A stretch of DNA of 64,000 bases from Candidatus Cloacimonadales bacterium. GTDB taxonomy: Bacteria > Cloacimonadota > Cloacimonadia > Cloacimonadales > JAIOQZ01. The position numbers were made by a program, and so were the translations under genes. Within the stretch, counting starts at the first letter, position 1. Every line of letters starts with the position of its first letter. The notes beneath the pieces are model-generated. The model searched no databases, was not told the origin of the DNA, and saw only the letters and a list, made by a program, of their open reading frames with translations. Positions 27,301-37,925 of the stretch are shown in pieces. The DNA lies in the NCBI GenBank assembly GCA_963662655.2, contig CAXXTU010000002.1:32001-96000 (forward strand), written 5' to 3'.

Positions 27301-27468
27301 CATAAAGGGGACAACGCCTTTCAGCAGGTAAAGAGTAAGCAGCATAAACAATAATGGGGTGTACAAATAACCCTTTCAAGCTTGACAGAGAAAGCCGATG
27401 AGATATTAAAGCTTAAAGGCTGTGATTCGTTACAGGATCGCACCCCACAAAGATTCAAGAGGTTTGTA

Positions 27469-27675
27469 ATGGATTGCGAAATGAAAGAAAGGAATGCGTC
27501 GAACTGCAATTGTACGTATCCGTGCTCGAAGAAAGGCAATTGCTGTGCTTGCATTTCCTATCATCGAAGCATGGGAGAACTCCCCGCCTGCTATTTCCCC
27601 GATAAATACGAAAAGACATACAATCGCTCGATTGAATACTTCGTTGAGTTGTTCAACGAAGGCAAAATACACTAA
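27469..27675 (+). CDS. Small Cys-rich protein (DUF6485-like)
   Basis: [30 protein letters not shown]...E.TYNRS; AGAGG RBS. Confidence 0.75.
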   Translation: MDCEMKERNASNCNCTYPCSKKGNCCACISYHRSMGELPACYFPDKYEKTYNRSIEYFVELFNEGKIH

Positions 27676-27691
27676 TACTGGAAGAGATAGA

Positions 27692-28909
27692 ATGGAAAAT
27701 CAGAACGAAATATTCGCTTCCATCGAGGAAGCGCTCGAAGATATCAAAGCCGGAATGCTCCTCGTTGTCGTAGATGATCCGGACCGTGAGAATGAGGGAG
27801 ACCTCGTCTGCTCGGCCGAGTTGATAACGCCCGAGACCGTGAACTTCATGATCAGCAAGGGCAAGGGTTTGCTCTGCGCGCCAATGTCGGTTGAAGTGGC
27901 GCAGCGCCTCGATCTGAACATGATGACGGATAGGAACACGGAGAAGCATGGGACGAAATTCACGATCTCCGTGGATGCAAAAGAGGGGACTACGACCGGG
28001 ATCTCCGCCGGTGATCGCTACAGAACCGTGACGAGGCTGGCCGATCCGGATTCGAAGCCGGAAGATTTCGCTCGCCCGGGGCACATCTTTCCGCTTGTCG
28101 CGGAGCCGGGTGGCGTGTTGAAGCGCACGGGGCACACGGAAGCGGTCGTTGACCTGATGAAACTCGCAGGCTTGAAACCGGCAGGCGCGTTGGTCGAAAT
28201 CATCAAGGACGATGGTGAAATGGCTCGCCTGCCCGATCTGATTCCGTATGCGAAAGAGCATGGACTCAAGATCATCACCATACAGCATCTCATCGAGTAC
28301 CGGCGCAAGAAAGAGAAGCTCATTCGAAAGGCGTCCGAGGCGAAGCTTCCCACAATGTACGGCGACTTCAATATCATCACCTACGAGAGTACCGTTTCCG
28401 ACGAGTATCATCTCGCGCTTGTCAAAGGTGATGTGTCGGGCGAAGAAGATGTGCTGGTGCGCGTCCATTCGGAGTGCCTTACCGGCGACGCGCTGTTCTC
28501 CATGCGTTGCGATTGTGGAATGCAGCTCGAAAACGCCTTCCGCATGATCGAAAAAGAGGGTAAAGGCGTTATTCTGTACATGAAGCAGGAAGGCCGTGGA
28601 ATTGGTCTCCTGAACAAGATCAAGGCATATCATTTACAGGATCACGGTAAGGATACGGTGGAGGCCAACGTTGAACTGGGTTTCATGCCTGACCTTCGCG
28701 ATTACGGTATCGGGGCACAGATTCTTGTCGATCTCGGACTGCACACGATTCGCCTTTTAACCAACAATCCGAAAAAATTAATTGCCTTGGAAGGATACGG
28801 ACTTAAAATTAACAAGCGGGTTCCGATCGAAATTCCCCCGCATGAAGAGAATCTGAAGTATCTGAAAACCAAAAAGGAGAAGATGGGACACCTTCTCGAC
28901 AAAGTGTAA
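27692..28909 (+). CDS. ribBA: Bifunctional DHBP synthase / GTP cyclohydrolase II
   Basis: [56 protein letters not shown]. Confidence 0.97.
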   Translation: MENQNEIFASIEEALEDIKAGMLLVVVDDPDRENEGDLVCSAELITPETVNFMISKGKGLLCAPMSVEVAQRLDLNMMTDRNTEKHGTKFTISVDAKEGTTTGISAGDRYRTVTRLADPDSKPEDFARPGHIFPLVAEPGGVLKRTGHTEAVVDLMKLAGLKPAGALVEIIKDDGEMARLPDLIPYAKEHGLKIITIQHLIEYRRKKEKLIRKASEAKLPTMYGDFNIITYESTVSDEYHLALVKGDVSGEEDVLVRVHSECLTGDALFSMRCDCGMQLENAFRMIEKEGKGVILYMKQEGRGIGLLNKIKAYHLQDHGKDTVEANVELGFMPDLRDYGIGAQILVDLGLHTIRLLTNNPKKLIALEGYGLKINKRVPIEIPPHEENLKYLKTKKEKMGHLLDKV

Positions 28910-28912
28910 GAG

Positions 28913-29506
28913 GTGATTGTGATTTTTTTTAAAGCGTTTATTCTCCTGATCATGAACGTGCTGGCCGGTTTTGTACTGGTTCAGCCGGTAAGGCTTTTCA
29001 TCTTCTTCCCGAAACGGCAACTCTTCTTCTTCGGGAAGCCAGTGCCTTTTACTCCGAGCTACATTCGCAGAAAGCGGGACTGGTTTTTCGAACGGGTGAA
29101 TTACTGGGTAACGTACTATCTCGAGAATGCCGCCAATAAAAAAGATCGATCTTCCCGGCTTTATGATTGGGAGAAACGCGTATACGACGAGACTTGGGAC
29201 AAGCTTGCGGGTGTCATGAACATGCGGTATGTTCCGGTTGCGGTCAAGACGAAGATACGAGAGATACTTGCGTTATTCGTGTTTGAGTTTGCCCGGCATT
29301 TTCTGCGCGGATTCGTCCCGTTCCTGGTCAAAAAATACAATCTGACCTCTTATATCGATCTGGTTGCGGCTAAAGCCGATGTCGATATGGTGCTCCACTA
29401 TTTCGATAAATACTTCCACCGCTATGTTACGTGGTTCATGGTGGGACTCGGTTTCATCATCGGCATGTTCAATTTCGTGATTTACCTGTTGCTACAACTG
29501 TTTTAG
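28913..29506 (+). CDS. Hypothetical membrane protein (DUF445-like topology)
   Basis: Hydrophobic N- and C-terminal helices; F.P....F.GK..PFTP..I. Confidence 0.55.
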   Translation: MIVIFFKAFILLIMNVLAGFVLVQPVRLFIFFPKRQLFFFGKPVPFTPSYIRRKRDWFFERVNYWVTYYLENAANKKDRSSRLYDWEKRVYDETWDKLAGVMNMRYVPVAVKTKIREILALFVFEFARHFLRGFVPFLVKKYNLTSYIDLVAAKADVDMVLHYFDKYFHRYVTWFMVGLGFIIGMFNFVIYLLLQLF

Positions 29507-29647
29507 CTGTGCGGGTTCGCACATGAATGTCTCGATTACGTTCATGGAGAAATCGAAGATTGTCCGCAGGAAAAGCGTTTACGGCGTGTCTTGAATTGGT
29601 ATAAGAAATGCAAAAAAAAGAAGCGAAGAAAGGAGAACGCTGAATAT

Positions 29648-30898
29648 ATGAAGAAATTTTTTGTCGCCCTCATGCTCATAAGCGCAGTCGCTATAATGTT
29701 TGCGCAGGAATACACGCTTGACCAACTGATCGAGAACGGCCTCGAACAGGTTACCGCTATTCGTCAGCAGAAGCTGAGTCACAGCAACAGCAAATCGAAT
29801 CTTACTTCGAGCGCTTTGGATTTGTTGCTCCCCGACGCGTCGGTATCGGCGGGTAGAAGCAACACTCGCGGAGATTACAGCAATAACGCTGGTTTGAGTA
29901 TATCGAAGTCTCTTTCGATCAACGAACCGACTTATTTCAGTTTGAAAGAATCGATTATCTCCATGAAGAATGCCGATTATTCATGGGACGCGATCCGCAA
30001 GAGCGTCGCGTACGAGATTTTCTCTCGATACATCGATGTGCTCGAGGCGGAGAAGAATCTGGAGATTCTCAAGGAACAGCACAAGCTCCAGGAGAAGGTC
30101 TACGACCAGACGAACACGCTTTATCAGAGCAATCGTAAAACCATGCTCGATCTCAGGCAGAGCGAGATTGCGCTTCTGAATGCCCAGATATCCGTTCGTG
30201 ACGGTGAAAACCAGCTGCAGAAGAATCGCGAGAATCTTTTCGATTACCTCAATATGGATGACCATGGGTTTAAACTGTCCGATACGACGGTCGAGGTGAG
30301 CTCTCCCGAGGACATCGAATACGATGATCCTCTCGACGTGCGCATCATGAAGAACAACATCAGCATCATGAAAAGCAATCTTACGCACCAGTGGCTCAAT
30401 TTCTTCCCTGATGTTTCTGCATCGTGGAGTTATAGTTATTCATTCAGTCCGGACGACGAGACCTATAACGATATATCGGATTGGGACGAGTACGATGATT
30501 CGTATACAATTGGTTTAACGGCGTCTTACTCGCTTTACAAGCTGCTCGAACATGGATTTGTATACAAGAGAGCCAGAAACAACCTGACTTCCAGCCAGCT
30601 TGATCTGGAAGATACCATTGATGCCGATAAGCTCGAGCTCAAGCAATTGAAGCAGGACTGGCAAACGCTTAATGAGACATGGGAAATTTCGCAACGAGCC
30701 AATCAGCTTGCTCAGGAAAATTTGACAATGGCAGAAGAGAAGTTCCGGCTGGGGATGCTTAACTTACTAGATCTGGATAACGCTCGTATCGATTATTTCA
30801 ACGCGCAGCAAACCTTGAACACCAAGCACTATAACCTGCTCAAGAAACAGGAGGAGATCAATTTGCTCCTCTCCCGTGAAATCCTCGGGAAGTGGTAG
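29648..30898 (+). CDS. TolC-family outer-membrane efflux channel
   Basis: Signal peptide; two repeated halves with P.vS.S beta strands and long helices (A.ENL.MAEEKFRLG....LDL..A). Confidence 0.85.
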   Translation: MKKFFVALMLISAVAIMFAQEYTLDQLIENGLEQVTAIRQQKLSHSNSKSNLTSSALDLLLPDASVSAGRSNTRGDYSNNAGLSISKSLSINEPTYFSLKESIISMKNADYSWDAIRKSVAYEIFSRYIDVLEAEKNLEILKEQHKLQEKVYDQTNTLYQSNRKTMLDLRQSEIALLNAQISVRDGENQLQKNRENLFDYLNMDDHGFKLSDTTVEVSSPEDIEYDDPLDVRIMKNNISIMKSNLTHQWLNFFPDVSASWSYSYSFSPDDETYNDISDWDEYDDSYTIGLTASYSLYKLLEHGFVYKRARNNLTSSQLDLEDTIDADKLELKQLKQDWQTLNETWEISQRANQLAQENLTMAEEKFRLGMLNLLDLDNARIDYFNAQQTLNTKHYNLLKKQEEINLLLSREILGKW

Positions 30899-30920
30899 TC
30901 GGATATTAGAACAACCTTTC

Positions 30921-30955
30921 GCCCCTGCTCGAAATGAGCGGGGGCTTTTTTTTTT
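30921..30955 (+). terminator. Intrinsic terminator after the TolC-family gene
   Basis: GCCCCTGCTC-GAAAT-GAGCGGGGGC followed by T10. Confidence 0.9.
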
Positions 30956-30991
30956 CGGGATGCGTTCGCTTGATGTGAGTTTGTTGCTTCC

Positions 30992-31158
30992 CGCAGGGCG
31001 GGGGACGGCGTTGAAATCCAATCGCCCGGCACAAAACCCGCGATGCATCGCTTGCAGCATTTCCCCGCGCGACTTGTGCCGGGCTGGATATGGATTTCCT
31101 GGAACAACGGATGTTGTTCCGGTGCGCGGAGCGCACAACGCCGTCCCCCGCCCGTGCG
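30992..31158 (+). repeat. Four-way-junction structured element, family A copy 1
   Basis: P1 GGGCGGGGGACGGCGTTG/CAACGCCGTCCCCCGCCC (18 bp); P2 AAATCCA..GCCCGGCACAA/TTGTGCCGGGC..TGGATTT; P3 CTGGAACAAC/GTTGTTCCGG; P4 TGCGC-GGA-GCGCA. Confidence 0.8.
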
Positions 31159-31269
31159 TGCGTCGAGCAAATTCCAGACTGTTTTCTAGAAAAAATCAAT
31201 TTTTCTTGTACTCATTTCATATTGATATGCGTTCATAAAAAACATTTTCCCAGTGGACATGGGTCTCCT

Positions 31270-31311
31270 AAAAATGAAACCCATCCTGAAGCTTCAAGAT
31301 GGGTTCTTTTT
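31270..31311. terminator. Probable (bidirectional) intrinsic terminator downstream of the TonB receptor-lipoprotein pair
   Basis: AACCCATC..TGAAGCTTCA..GATGGGTT flanked by an A-run and a T-run. Confidence 0.65.
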
Positions 31312-31326
31312 ATATCGTTGGGAAGA

Positions 31327-32256
31327 TTATTCGATGCTTTCCACAACCTTGGTGTAGAAAGTAAGGCCGCTGGCTGATCCGAAATAGCCGTAGCCGTTGT
31401 GGATGCCGCCGTATTCGAAGTTGCTGTCCGGTTTGTACTGGTAGTGATAGAAATTATCGTCCACGCTGTAAACGGATATCCGGTAGCGACCGAAGAACAC
31501 GAGGGTTCCCTGGTAGGATGAATTGAATACCCTGTATCCGCCTTCACCGTTTTCTTCAGGAAGGTACTCGCCGATAAAGCTGAGCAAGCGGGGATAGTGA
31601 TCCGCCGGATCGTCGTAATCCACTTCTTCTTCAAAGGTGTCTTCTCCGAATATCGGTTTTACCATGCGAACTTCGTCCCATTCCTCGAGGCAGTAGTACT
31701 TGAGGTACAGGAAAACCGGGTCGCCGTCGGTTGTGTTGATGATCATCGGATGCTCCTCGCCGGCGGTTTCCCACACGAGTTGGTAAGCGTCAACCGAGTC
31801 TTCGTACGCCGTGAAACAGGTGTCCATATCGATGGTCACGCCCTTTGGAATGGTTGTTGTGGCCCATACCGTGTCGATAACGGTCGAGTCCATCGCGCTC
31901 GGTACTCTCGCCTCGATACGATAGGTGTGCGTGGCCTGCGGTACGAGATTCTCGTTGTAGTAGCCGAAATGCAACGTTTCGAAGTCGATACCGAACTGAA
32001 GCGGGTACTCGTTTCCCTCGTCGTCGTAGATGACAACGTCGGCGTCTGTGACGAATGCTTCTTCGATATCGCCGCCCACAGGTATGGTTTTACCCACGTA
32101 GATCGAGTTATGGAACGAGAGCGGCTCGTTCTCGTACAGCGAACCGGCGATGATGTAGTAGAAATCCTTATCGTAACGCTTGGAGCTTGTAGGCCCCTCG
32201 CAGGACATGATAAGCAACGCGCTTGCGATTATGAGGATGATGTATGTGTATTTCAT
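31327..32256 (-). CDS. Lipoprotein partner of the TonB-dependent receptor (DUF4249-like)
   Basis: Lipobox LIMSC; V.DA.V.I, W A.TTIP, C-terminal I.NG.GYFGS; directly downstream of the receptor. Confidence 0.7.
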   Translation of the reverse strand: MKYTYIILIIASALLIMSCEGPTSSKRYDKDFYYIIAGSLYENEPLSFHNSIYVGKTIPVGGDIEEAFVTDADVVIYDDEGNEYPLQFGIDFETLHFGYYNENLVPQATHTYRIEARVPSAMDSTVIDTVWATTTIPKGVTIDMDTCFTAYEDSVDAYQLVWETAGEEHPMIINTTDGDPVFLYLKYYCLEEWDEVRMVKPIFGEDTFEEEVDYDDPADHYPRLLSFIGEYLPEENGEGGYRVFNSSYQGTLVFFGRYRISVYSVDDNFYHYQYKPDSNFEYGGIHNGYGYFGSASGLTFYTKVVESIE

Positions 32257-32266
32257 GATTCCTCCT

Positions 32267-34639
32267 TTACCATTCCACATTGATTCCGATAAACGGTATC
32301 CGTGGGAACTGATAGGTGTCCTCTGTTCTGTATCCGATTTCCGTGGTTTCAGAGAAGTCCTCCGGGTCCTGCTCTCCGAAGTATGGTACATAAGAACGTG
32401 AGTAAACGTTTTCGCGATTGAACACGTTAATCACCTGCACGTATGGTTCGACAGACATGCTTTTGGATTCCCAACGCATTTTCAGACTCAAGTCTATGCG
32501 CTGGTAGTCGGGGAGACGATCTCCGTCCTTATAGCTATAAAAGTACTGGAACGTATCCGTGTCCGGCTCGTAATAAACGTGCTCGGGCTTGGACGTTGGC
32601 TGCCCCGTTCCGAACGCATAGGTGGTTCCAAACAGAAGGTCTGCGCCCCAAAGCTTCTTGCCTGTTGCATTGAGCAGACTGAACGTCTCGACAATGTTGA
32701 TCTGGTGTGTTCTATCGTACTTGGGATAATAGTACTGCGGTTCGCCGGTTTCAGGATCCATGTTGGTGTCTTTGACTTTCTTCCGGGTGAAACCGAGCGT
32801 ATAGCCCACGAATCCTTCGACTCCCAGCCAGTTGTTTCTCACCAGGAGGTCGAGGCCGTAAGAAAATCCGTCGCCGGTGTTCAGCGCGTCCGAGAGCACG
32901 CCGGTGTCGTTGCTCCATTCGTAGTCGACTTCCGGCCTGTAGGCAACAAGGTTCTTGTAATCTTTGTAGTACGCTTCGACGTCGAGCCCCACTTCCTCGT
33001 TGATCTCCGTCTTGTAGCCGAGGATGTAATGATCCGAGCGCCCCGGTTCGATGGTGTCGTCGATCGGGAACCAGAGGTCCATCGGCGAGGCTTCTTCCGT
33101 AGAAACCAGGTTAAGATACTGGTGGTAGCGCCCATAGGAGAAGTAGACGTTGCTGGTCACGTCGAGCTCACGTCGAATGGAGAACCTGGGTGAGAGCCTG
33201 TAGTAGTCGACCGGTCCTCTGTCCTCTCCATAATTGCGCTCATTGTGGCACCAGGTGGCGCGCAGTCCGGGCTGAACCGTCCAGAACGTGTCCAGCTTCC
33301 AGGCGTCCTGAATGTACAGGTCGAGGAGAGAGGATGTCACGTCCACATGCGGCATGGAGTTTTCGTCGACATTCTGGTTCGTGCCCGTATCGAACAAGGT
33401 GTAAAGGTACTTGTAGTCGACACCCATATCGAACATGTGTGCTTCGTTCGGTTTCCACGACAACCCTTCGCGGATGGTGACGTCGTAAACGTCGTCGAGC
33501 CTGTCGAAGCTCTGCGAGTTTTTGCCGGCATCTACTTCGAACTTCATCTTCGAGTAGAAATGACTTCCCGCGACAATCATGTGCGAGAACCACTGTGGAC
33601 TGAAGATATGCGTCCACTGGTTGCTCCAGGTTTCGTTGCCCCACTCGATGTCCAGGTCGTACGAGAAGCCGAATTCGAGCTTGTCTTTACCGAAGTAGAA
33701 ACTCGAGCTGAATTTATCCCTCTCCGAGTGGTCCCAGTTGAGCTTGGCATGGCCATCGTAGAAGTAGTATTTCGGGATATCCAGCCCTATCAATTCTTCC
33801 ATCAGCTCCAGGTATGTTCTTCGGAAGGAGGCCATGTACGATCCCGATTCATCGTATATCCTCCACGGGCCCTCCAGCGTAAGGCTGGTGCTGATGAGGC
33901 TTATACGGGCAATACCGCAGTGTTCTTTGCGGTTACCGTCTTTGTTGGTAACATCCAGTACGGATGAAAGCCTTCCGCCATATTTTGCGGGGAATCCACC
34001 CTTGAGAAGCTGAACGTTCTTCACGGCGTCCGTGTTGAACGTACTGAAAACCCCCCCGAAGTGAGACGGGTTGTATACGTCGATTCCATCCAGCAGGATC
34101 AGATTCTGGTCGGCGCTACCGCCGCGAACGTACAGTCCGTTCGAAAAATCCGAAATCGGCGTCACACCCGGCAAGGCGAGTATGGAGCGGAAGACGTCCG
34201 CTTCCGCCACCGCGACGACTTCTTTGATATCTTTGTTGGTCTGCACGACATTCGCGATGCGGATATCGCGTGTGTTGATCTCGTCATCGATCTCTTTCTC
34301 TACGACTTTAATACCTTCAATTTGTACGGCGGCTTTCTCCATCTCGAGCTTCAGGAAGATTTCTTCTTTCGGGTTCTTCACGAGAACCATCTCCGAAGCG
34401 TACCGGTAACCGATTTGAGATGCGATGACTTCGATGTTCCCCGTCGGTACCGAGTTAATGATAAAGTATCCTTTTTTATTCGTATATTGACCAAGATTGG
34501 TGCCGCGGATGCTCACTGCGGCATAGATAAGTGGCTCGCCACTGCTTTTTTCAACTACATATCCACTGACTGTTGCAGCGTTCAGGCCTGCTGTTGCCAG
34601 TAGGAGCAGCATCAATAATATAGTGAATCTCTGCATCAT
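32267..34639 (-). CDS. TonB-dependent receptor with N-terminal carboxypeptidase-regulatory-like domain
   Basis: SGYVVEKSSGEPLIYA.V, LPGV, LYVRGGSADQNLILLDG, KGGFPAKYGGRLSSVLDV, NVFNREN, C-terminal aromatic residue. Confidence 0.92.
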   Translation of the reverse strand: MMQRFTILLMLLLLATAGLNAATVSGYVVEKSSGEPLIYAAVSIRGTNLGQYTNKKGYFIINSVPTGNIEVIASQIGYRYASEMVLVKNPKEEIFLKLEMEKAAVQIEGIKVVEKEIDDEINTRDIRIANVVQTNKDIKEVVAVAEADVFRSILALPGVTPISDFSNGLYVRGGSADQNLILLDGIDVYNPSHFGGVFSTFNTDAVKNVQLLKGGFPAKYGGRLSSVLDVTNKDGNRKEHCGIARISLISTSLTLEGPWRIYDESGSYMASFRRTYLELMEELIGLDIPKYYFYDGHAKLNWDHSERDKFSSSFYFGKDKLEFGFSYDLDIEWGNETWSNQWTHIFSPQWFSHMIVAGSHFYSKMKFEVDAGKNSQSFDRLDDVYDVTIREGLSWKPNEAHMFDMGVDYKYLYTLFDTGTNQNVDENSMPHVDVTSSLLDLYIQDAWKLDTFWTVQPGLRATWCHNERNYGEDRGPVDYYRLSPRFSIRRELDVTSNVYFSYGRYHQYLNLVSTEEASPMDLWFPIDDTIEPGRSDHYILGYKTEINEEVGLDVEAYYKDYKNLVAYRPEVDYEWSNDTGVLSDALNTGDGFSYGLDLLVRNNWLGVEGFVGYTLGFTRKKVKDTNMDPETGEPQYYYPKYDRTHQINIVETFSLLNATGKKLWGADLLFGTTYAFGTGQPTSKPEHVYYEPDTDTFQYFYSYKDGDRLPDYQRIDLSLKMRWESKSMSVEPYVQVINVFNRENVYSRSYVPYFGEQDPEDFSETTEIGYRTEDTYQFPRIPFIGINVEW

Positions 34640-34973
34640 TATTCCCCTTTTTGCGGATATTAAACACTTTATGGCTCCATTCATAGGGATTGTATTCGCT
34701 TGTCAAACATTTTTATTTTTCTGAAAACATTCGGGCCAAATGCGAATAGATGCATCGTTTTATTCACGATGTAAAATACTGCAATCAAGCAAATTATGTA
34801 GTAGTAATGCACGCTATTCATAAAAATGTGTCTCCAAAAAAAAATCAAAATGTGGAATGCATTCAGCGCCTTAAGTGAATTAAGCACTCGCTAAAGGATG
34901 CTTGAAATACATGCATCTGAATCGAAGAATTCAGGGTCAAAAACAGGGCAGTTTCAGTTGATTTGCTGGTATC

Positions 34974-36206
34974 TTATTTTTCGGGAAACAGAAAATTGGT
35001 GAAAGACTCGGCCCACACTTCAGGAGTAAAGGATTTCATGGCCGCTTCTTTCCCTGCTTTTCCAATATCCAGAAGGAGATCGCTGTGTTCGATTGCCCAT
35101 ATCATGCGCTTGGCGAGAGAGTCGATCGAGTCCGGTTCTGCAAGGATTACGCTCTTTTCGTCCTCCGTGTAGTCTTCAATGTCCGATATGCGGGTCATGA
35201 TGCAGGCAGTGCCGGAGAGAAGGTACTCCGCCAGCTTGGTAGAGAAATTGTAACGATTCTGGAGGCATGTTGTTTTTGCCGAGACCAGAAGATCGGAGCC
35301 AGCCATTCTGCGGGGAACTTCTTCGTTCTCGAGTAATCCATAGAGCGATACATTGTCGGCCACATTGAGATCGTTCAATATTCTCGCAAGGAATTCTTTC
35401 CTCTCATTGATTCCGAAGCCGTACATATCGAGCTGAGTTTCAGGATAGGCTTTTACGACCTTCGCAAAGGCTTTCAATAAAAGAAGTGAGCCTTCCTTTT
35501 CGGGAAAGAACCCACCGAAAAAGCCGATATGAAATTTATTGTCGTCGAAGGCGAATGTTGAGGGATTTGCTTTTTGTGGATCCGCGAGGATGGGGATTCT
35601 TATCAATGAAGCCGGGCTGTTCCTATATACATTGTAGAGGGCTTTCGAAATGGCTACAATGCCTGTGTAGCCTTTATCAAATCGATGATCGAGGCATAGT
35701 GATACAGGCAGATTGCTTACTATGAACAGAAACTTCGGATTTGTGAGACAGTTCCGTAGTGTTATCTGTGTTTTGACGATCTGCGAAAGCGATTCGTTCT
35801 TCTCAAGGTAAACACGCGTGCCCCGATTTTGGATTAGTTTACGAATGAATACTTTGTACCAGAGGCGATTTGTGTAATCGAAAACGACCGTTTCTCCATC
35901 GAGCCCACGGATGAAACCAGCAAGCCAGGACACATAGTCCTCTGCCGATTTCTTCCCAAACAGTGGGGAGTGCTTCTTCAAGCCGGTTCTTCGTCTGAAA
36001 TTTCCGATACGGAAGACATTTTCAGAACTTGAAACTGGGGTTACATGATCAAGATCAATCGGGCATACGATGGATGTAATATAAACGTTTACATTTTTCG
36101 ATGCCAAGGCGTGGGCGTAGCACATGGTACGCGCGAAAGCCGCTCCAAGCCCTTTGTTTATGTCGACATGCATTACGAATACGACGTTGCGGATTGGTAT
36201 TGTCAC
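34974..36206 (-). CDS. Glycosyltransferase, GT4 family
   Basis: G.F.PEKEG...LLKAF, SDLLV, FSTKLAEYL.SG. Confidence 0.85.
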   Translation of the reverse strand: MTIPIRNVVFVMHVDINKGLGAAFARTMCYAHALASKNVNVYITSIVCPIDLDHVTPVSSSENVFRIGNFRRRTGLKKHSPLFGKKSAEDYVSWLAGFIRGLDGETVVFDYTNRLWYKVFIRKLIQNRGTRVYLEKNESLSQIVKTQITLRNCLTNPKFLFIVSNLPVSLCLDHRFDKGYTGIVAISKALYNVYRNSPASLIRIPILADPQKANPSTFAFDDNKFHIGFFGGFFPEKEGSLLLLKAFAKVVKAYPETQLDMYGFGINERKEFLARILNDLNVADNVSLYGLLENEEVPRRMAGSDLLVSAKTTCLQNRYNFSTKLAEYLLSGTACIMTRISDIEDYTEDEKSVILAEPDSIDSLAKRMIWAIEHSDLLLDIGKAGKEAAMKSFTPEVWAESFTNFLFPEK

Positions 36207-36856
36207 GATAATGGTTTATCCTCTTCCGGTTTTGTGAGAGCAAAAAGGAATTGTGCCGGGTTTCCGCCCCAAACCTGATTGGCAGGGACTCTTCCCGAGA
36301 CGAGTGAGCAGGAGGCAATGATCGAGTTCTCTCCGATCCGCGTTCCTTTAAGGATGGTTGTGTGTGCCCCGATAAAGGCGTTGTCGCCGATTCGCACGGG
36401 CCTTCGTGCCGGTGGTACGGATCCTTGGATTCGATCCTCACGCCTGAGCGGATGGAAGTCTGTATCGTAAATCGCGCAGTTCGCGCCGATCATGACATTA
36501 TCGCCGATGGTAACCGATTTCTGGCAGATGATCGCTGAATGGCTGATTCCTACATTGCTGCCGATCTTCAACTCGGCATCCCGGCTGACGGTGAAAACGC
36601 AGGGAAGGGTTCTGCCGATAACATTGTTCGTGAAGCCGTTGTTTAACCGGAAATTCATACCCAATACGATAGTGCCACCCTGGTTGACGATTCGTGGAAT
36701 GCCGTTTGTAGAAAAACCTTTTCCGTACGAGACCATATTGATGCGAAAAAGCATTTTTGTGATTAGCGTCTCAAGAATACTCAGGTATTTCCGTTTTCGT
36801 CCCCTCAAGCGGTTCAGAACTTTGAAGTAAAGCGTTTGCTTCTTCGAAAGAGCCAC
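36203..36856 (-). CDS. Hexapeptide-repeat O-acyltransferase
   Basis: VTIGDNVMIGANC.IYDTDFH, PVRIGDNAFIG, IGENSII, WGGNPA. Confidence 0.88.
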   Translation of the reverse strand: MALSKKQTLYFKVLNRLRGRKRKYLSILETLITKMLFRINMVSYGKGFSTNGIPRIVNQGGTIVLGMNFRLNNGFTNNVIGRTLPCVFTVSRDAELKIGSNVGISHSAIICQKSVTIGDNVMIGANCAIYDTDFHPLRREDRIQGSVPPARRPVRIGDNAFIGAHTTILKGTRIGENSIIASCSLVSGRVPANQVWGGNPAQFLFALTKPEEDKPLS

Positions 36857-36881
36857 ATTTCCCTTCTTCCAGGTAGTCAGG

Positions 36882-37922
36882 TCAGATACTCAGATACCAA
36901 TTATAGACTTCACGAATTCCATCTTCGAGGCCGGTCTTTTCTTTCCAGCCGAGATTGTGGAGTTTGGTTACGTCGAGGAGTTTCTGAGGCGTACCGTCTG
37001 GTTTGGTTGAATCCCAGCGGATTTCACCCTCGAAACCGATGATGGCTCTAACTTTCTCCAGAAGTTCGCCGATTGTGAGGTCTCGTCCAGTCCCAACATT
37101 CACATGCTGATAATCGGAGTAGTTATTCAGCAGGTAGATGAGGGCGTCCGCGAGGTCGTCCGAGAAAAGGAATTCCCGGCGAGGAGTACCGGTTCCCCAG
37201 GCTTTGAGGAAAACGACGTCTCCGTCTCTTCCCACACCGATTTCAGAAAGTACTTTTTCCGCTTCTTCTTCTGAATTGATCTGCATTTCACCCATACGAT
37301 TCAGGTCGTGGTAAATGCCATCGTAATCTTTATTCATCAGGCATTTGGCCAGGTGGCACTTACGGATCAATGCAGGCAGGACGTGGGAATTCTTGAGATT
37401 GAAGTTGTCGCCAATACCGAAGAGATTGGTCGGCATTGCCGAAATGAAATCGGCATTGTACTGTCTTCGATAGAATTCGCACATTTTCAGACCGGCGATT
37501 TTGGCGATTGCGTAGGCTTCGTTGGTAGTTTCCAGCGAATCGGTGAGAAGGTATTCCTCTTTGATAGGCTGGGGACAGAGTTTGGGATATATGCAGGACG
37601 AACCAAGGAAGAGAAGTTTTTCTACTCCGTTCTTCCACGATGCATGAATCAGGTTTGACGCGATCATGATGTTGTCGTAGATGAATTCTGCGGGGTAGGT
37701 GCTGTTGGCAAGGATCCCGCCTACTTTTGCCGCCGCGATGATCACATGGTGCGGCTTATTCTCGGCGATGAATCGTTCCGCTTGTTCCTGAATGCGAAAA
37801 TCCCATTCAGGCCAGGCAGCGAACACGAGGTTATCGAATCCCTGCTTCTTCAGGTTTCTTACAAGAGCTGAGCCGACGAGACCCGAGTGCCCTGCGACGA
37901 ATATTTTATCGGTAGTCTTCAT
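36882..37922 (-). CDS. fcl: GDP-L-fucose synthase
   Basis: AGHSGLVGSA, AAAKVGGI.AN, FLGSSCIYPK, YAIAK, MPTNL.G..DNF, WGTG.PRREF, KPDGTP.K. Confidence 0.95.
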   Translation of the reverse strand: MKTTDKIFVAGHSGLVGSALVRNLKKQGFDNLVFAAWPEWDFRIQEQAERFIAENKPHHVIIAAAKVGGILANSTYPAEFIYDNIMIASNLIHASWKNGVEKLLFLGSSCIYPKLCPQPIKEEYLLTDSLETTNEAYAIAKIAGLKMCEFYRRQYNADFISAMPTNLFGIGDNFNLKNSHVLPALIRKCHLAKCLMNKDYDGIYHDLNRMGEMQINSEEEAEKVLSEIGVGRDGDVVFLKAWGTGTPRREFLFSDDLADALIYLLNNYSDYQHVNVGTGRDLTIGELLEKVRAIIGFEGEIRWDSTKPDGTPQKLLDVTKLHNLGWKEKTGLEDGIREVYNWYLSI

Positions 37923-37925
37923 GAT

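Noticed and set aside
26960..27470. FMN riboswitch ahead of ribBA
   Set aside because: No RFN core motifs (AGGGC.GGGTGAAATTCCC.ACCG, AGTC.GGATG) are present
27494..27691. N-terminal extension of ribBA
   Set aside because: Overlaps the small Cys-rich gene; RibBA homology begins at ATG 27692
30992..31158. SRP RNA, tRNA, 6S RNA or canonical attC identity for the family A element
   Set aside because: Lacks the SRP helix-8 GGAA/AGCAG motif, tRNA D/T loops, a 6S central bubble and the RYYYAAC...GTTRRRY order of attC boxes
30767..31377. Several short ORFs across the TolC-lipoprotein spacer, and likewise at 39116-39488 and 57939-58560
   Set aside because: No RBS or recognisable domains; these regions are explained by terminators, structured repeats or the riboswitch
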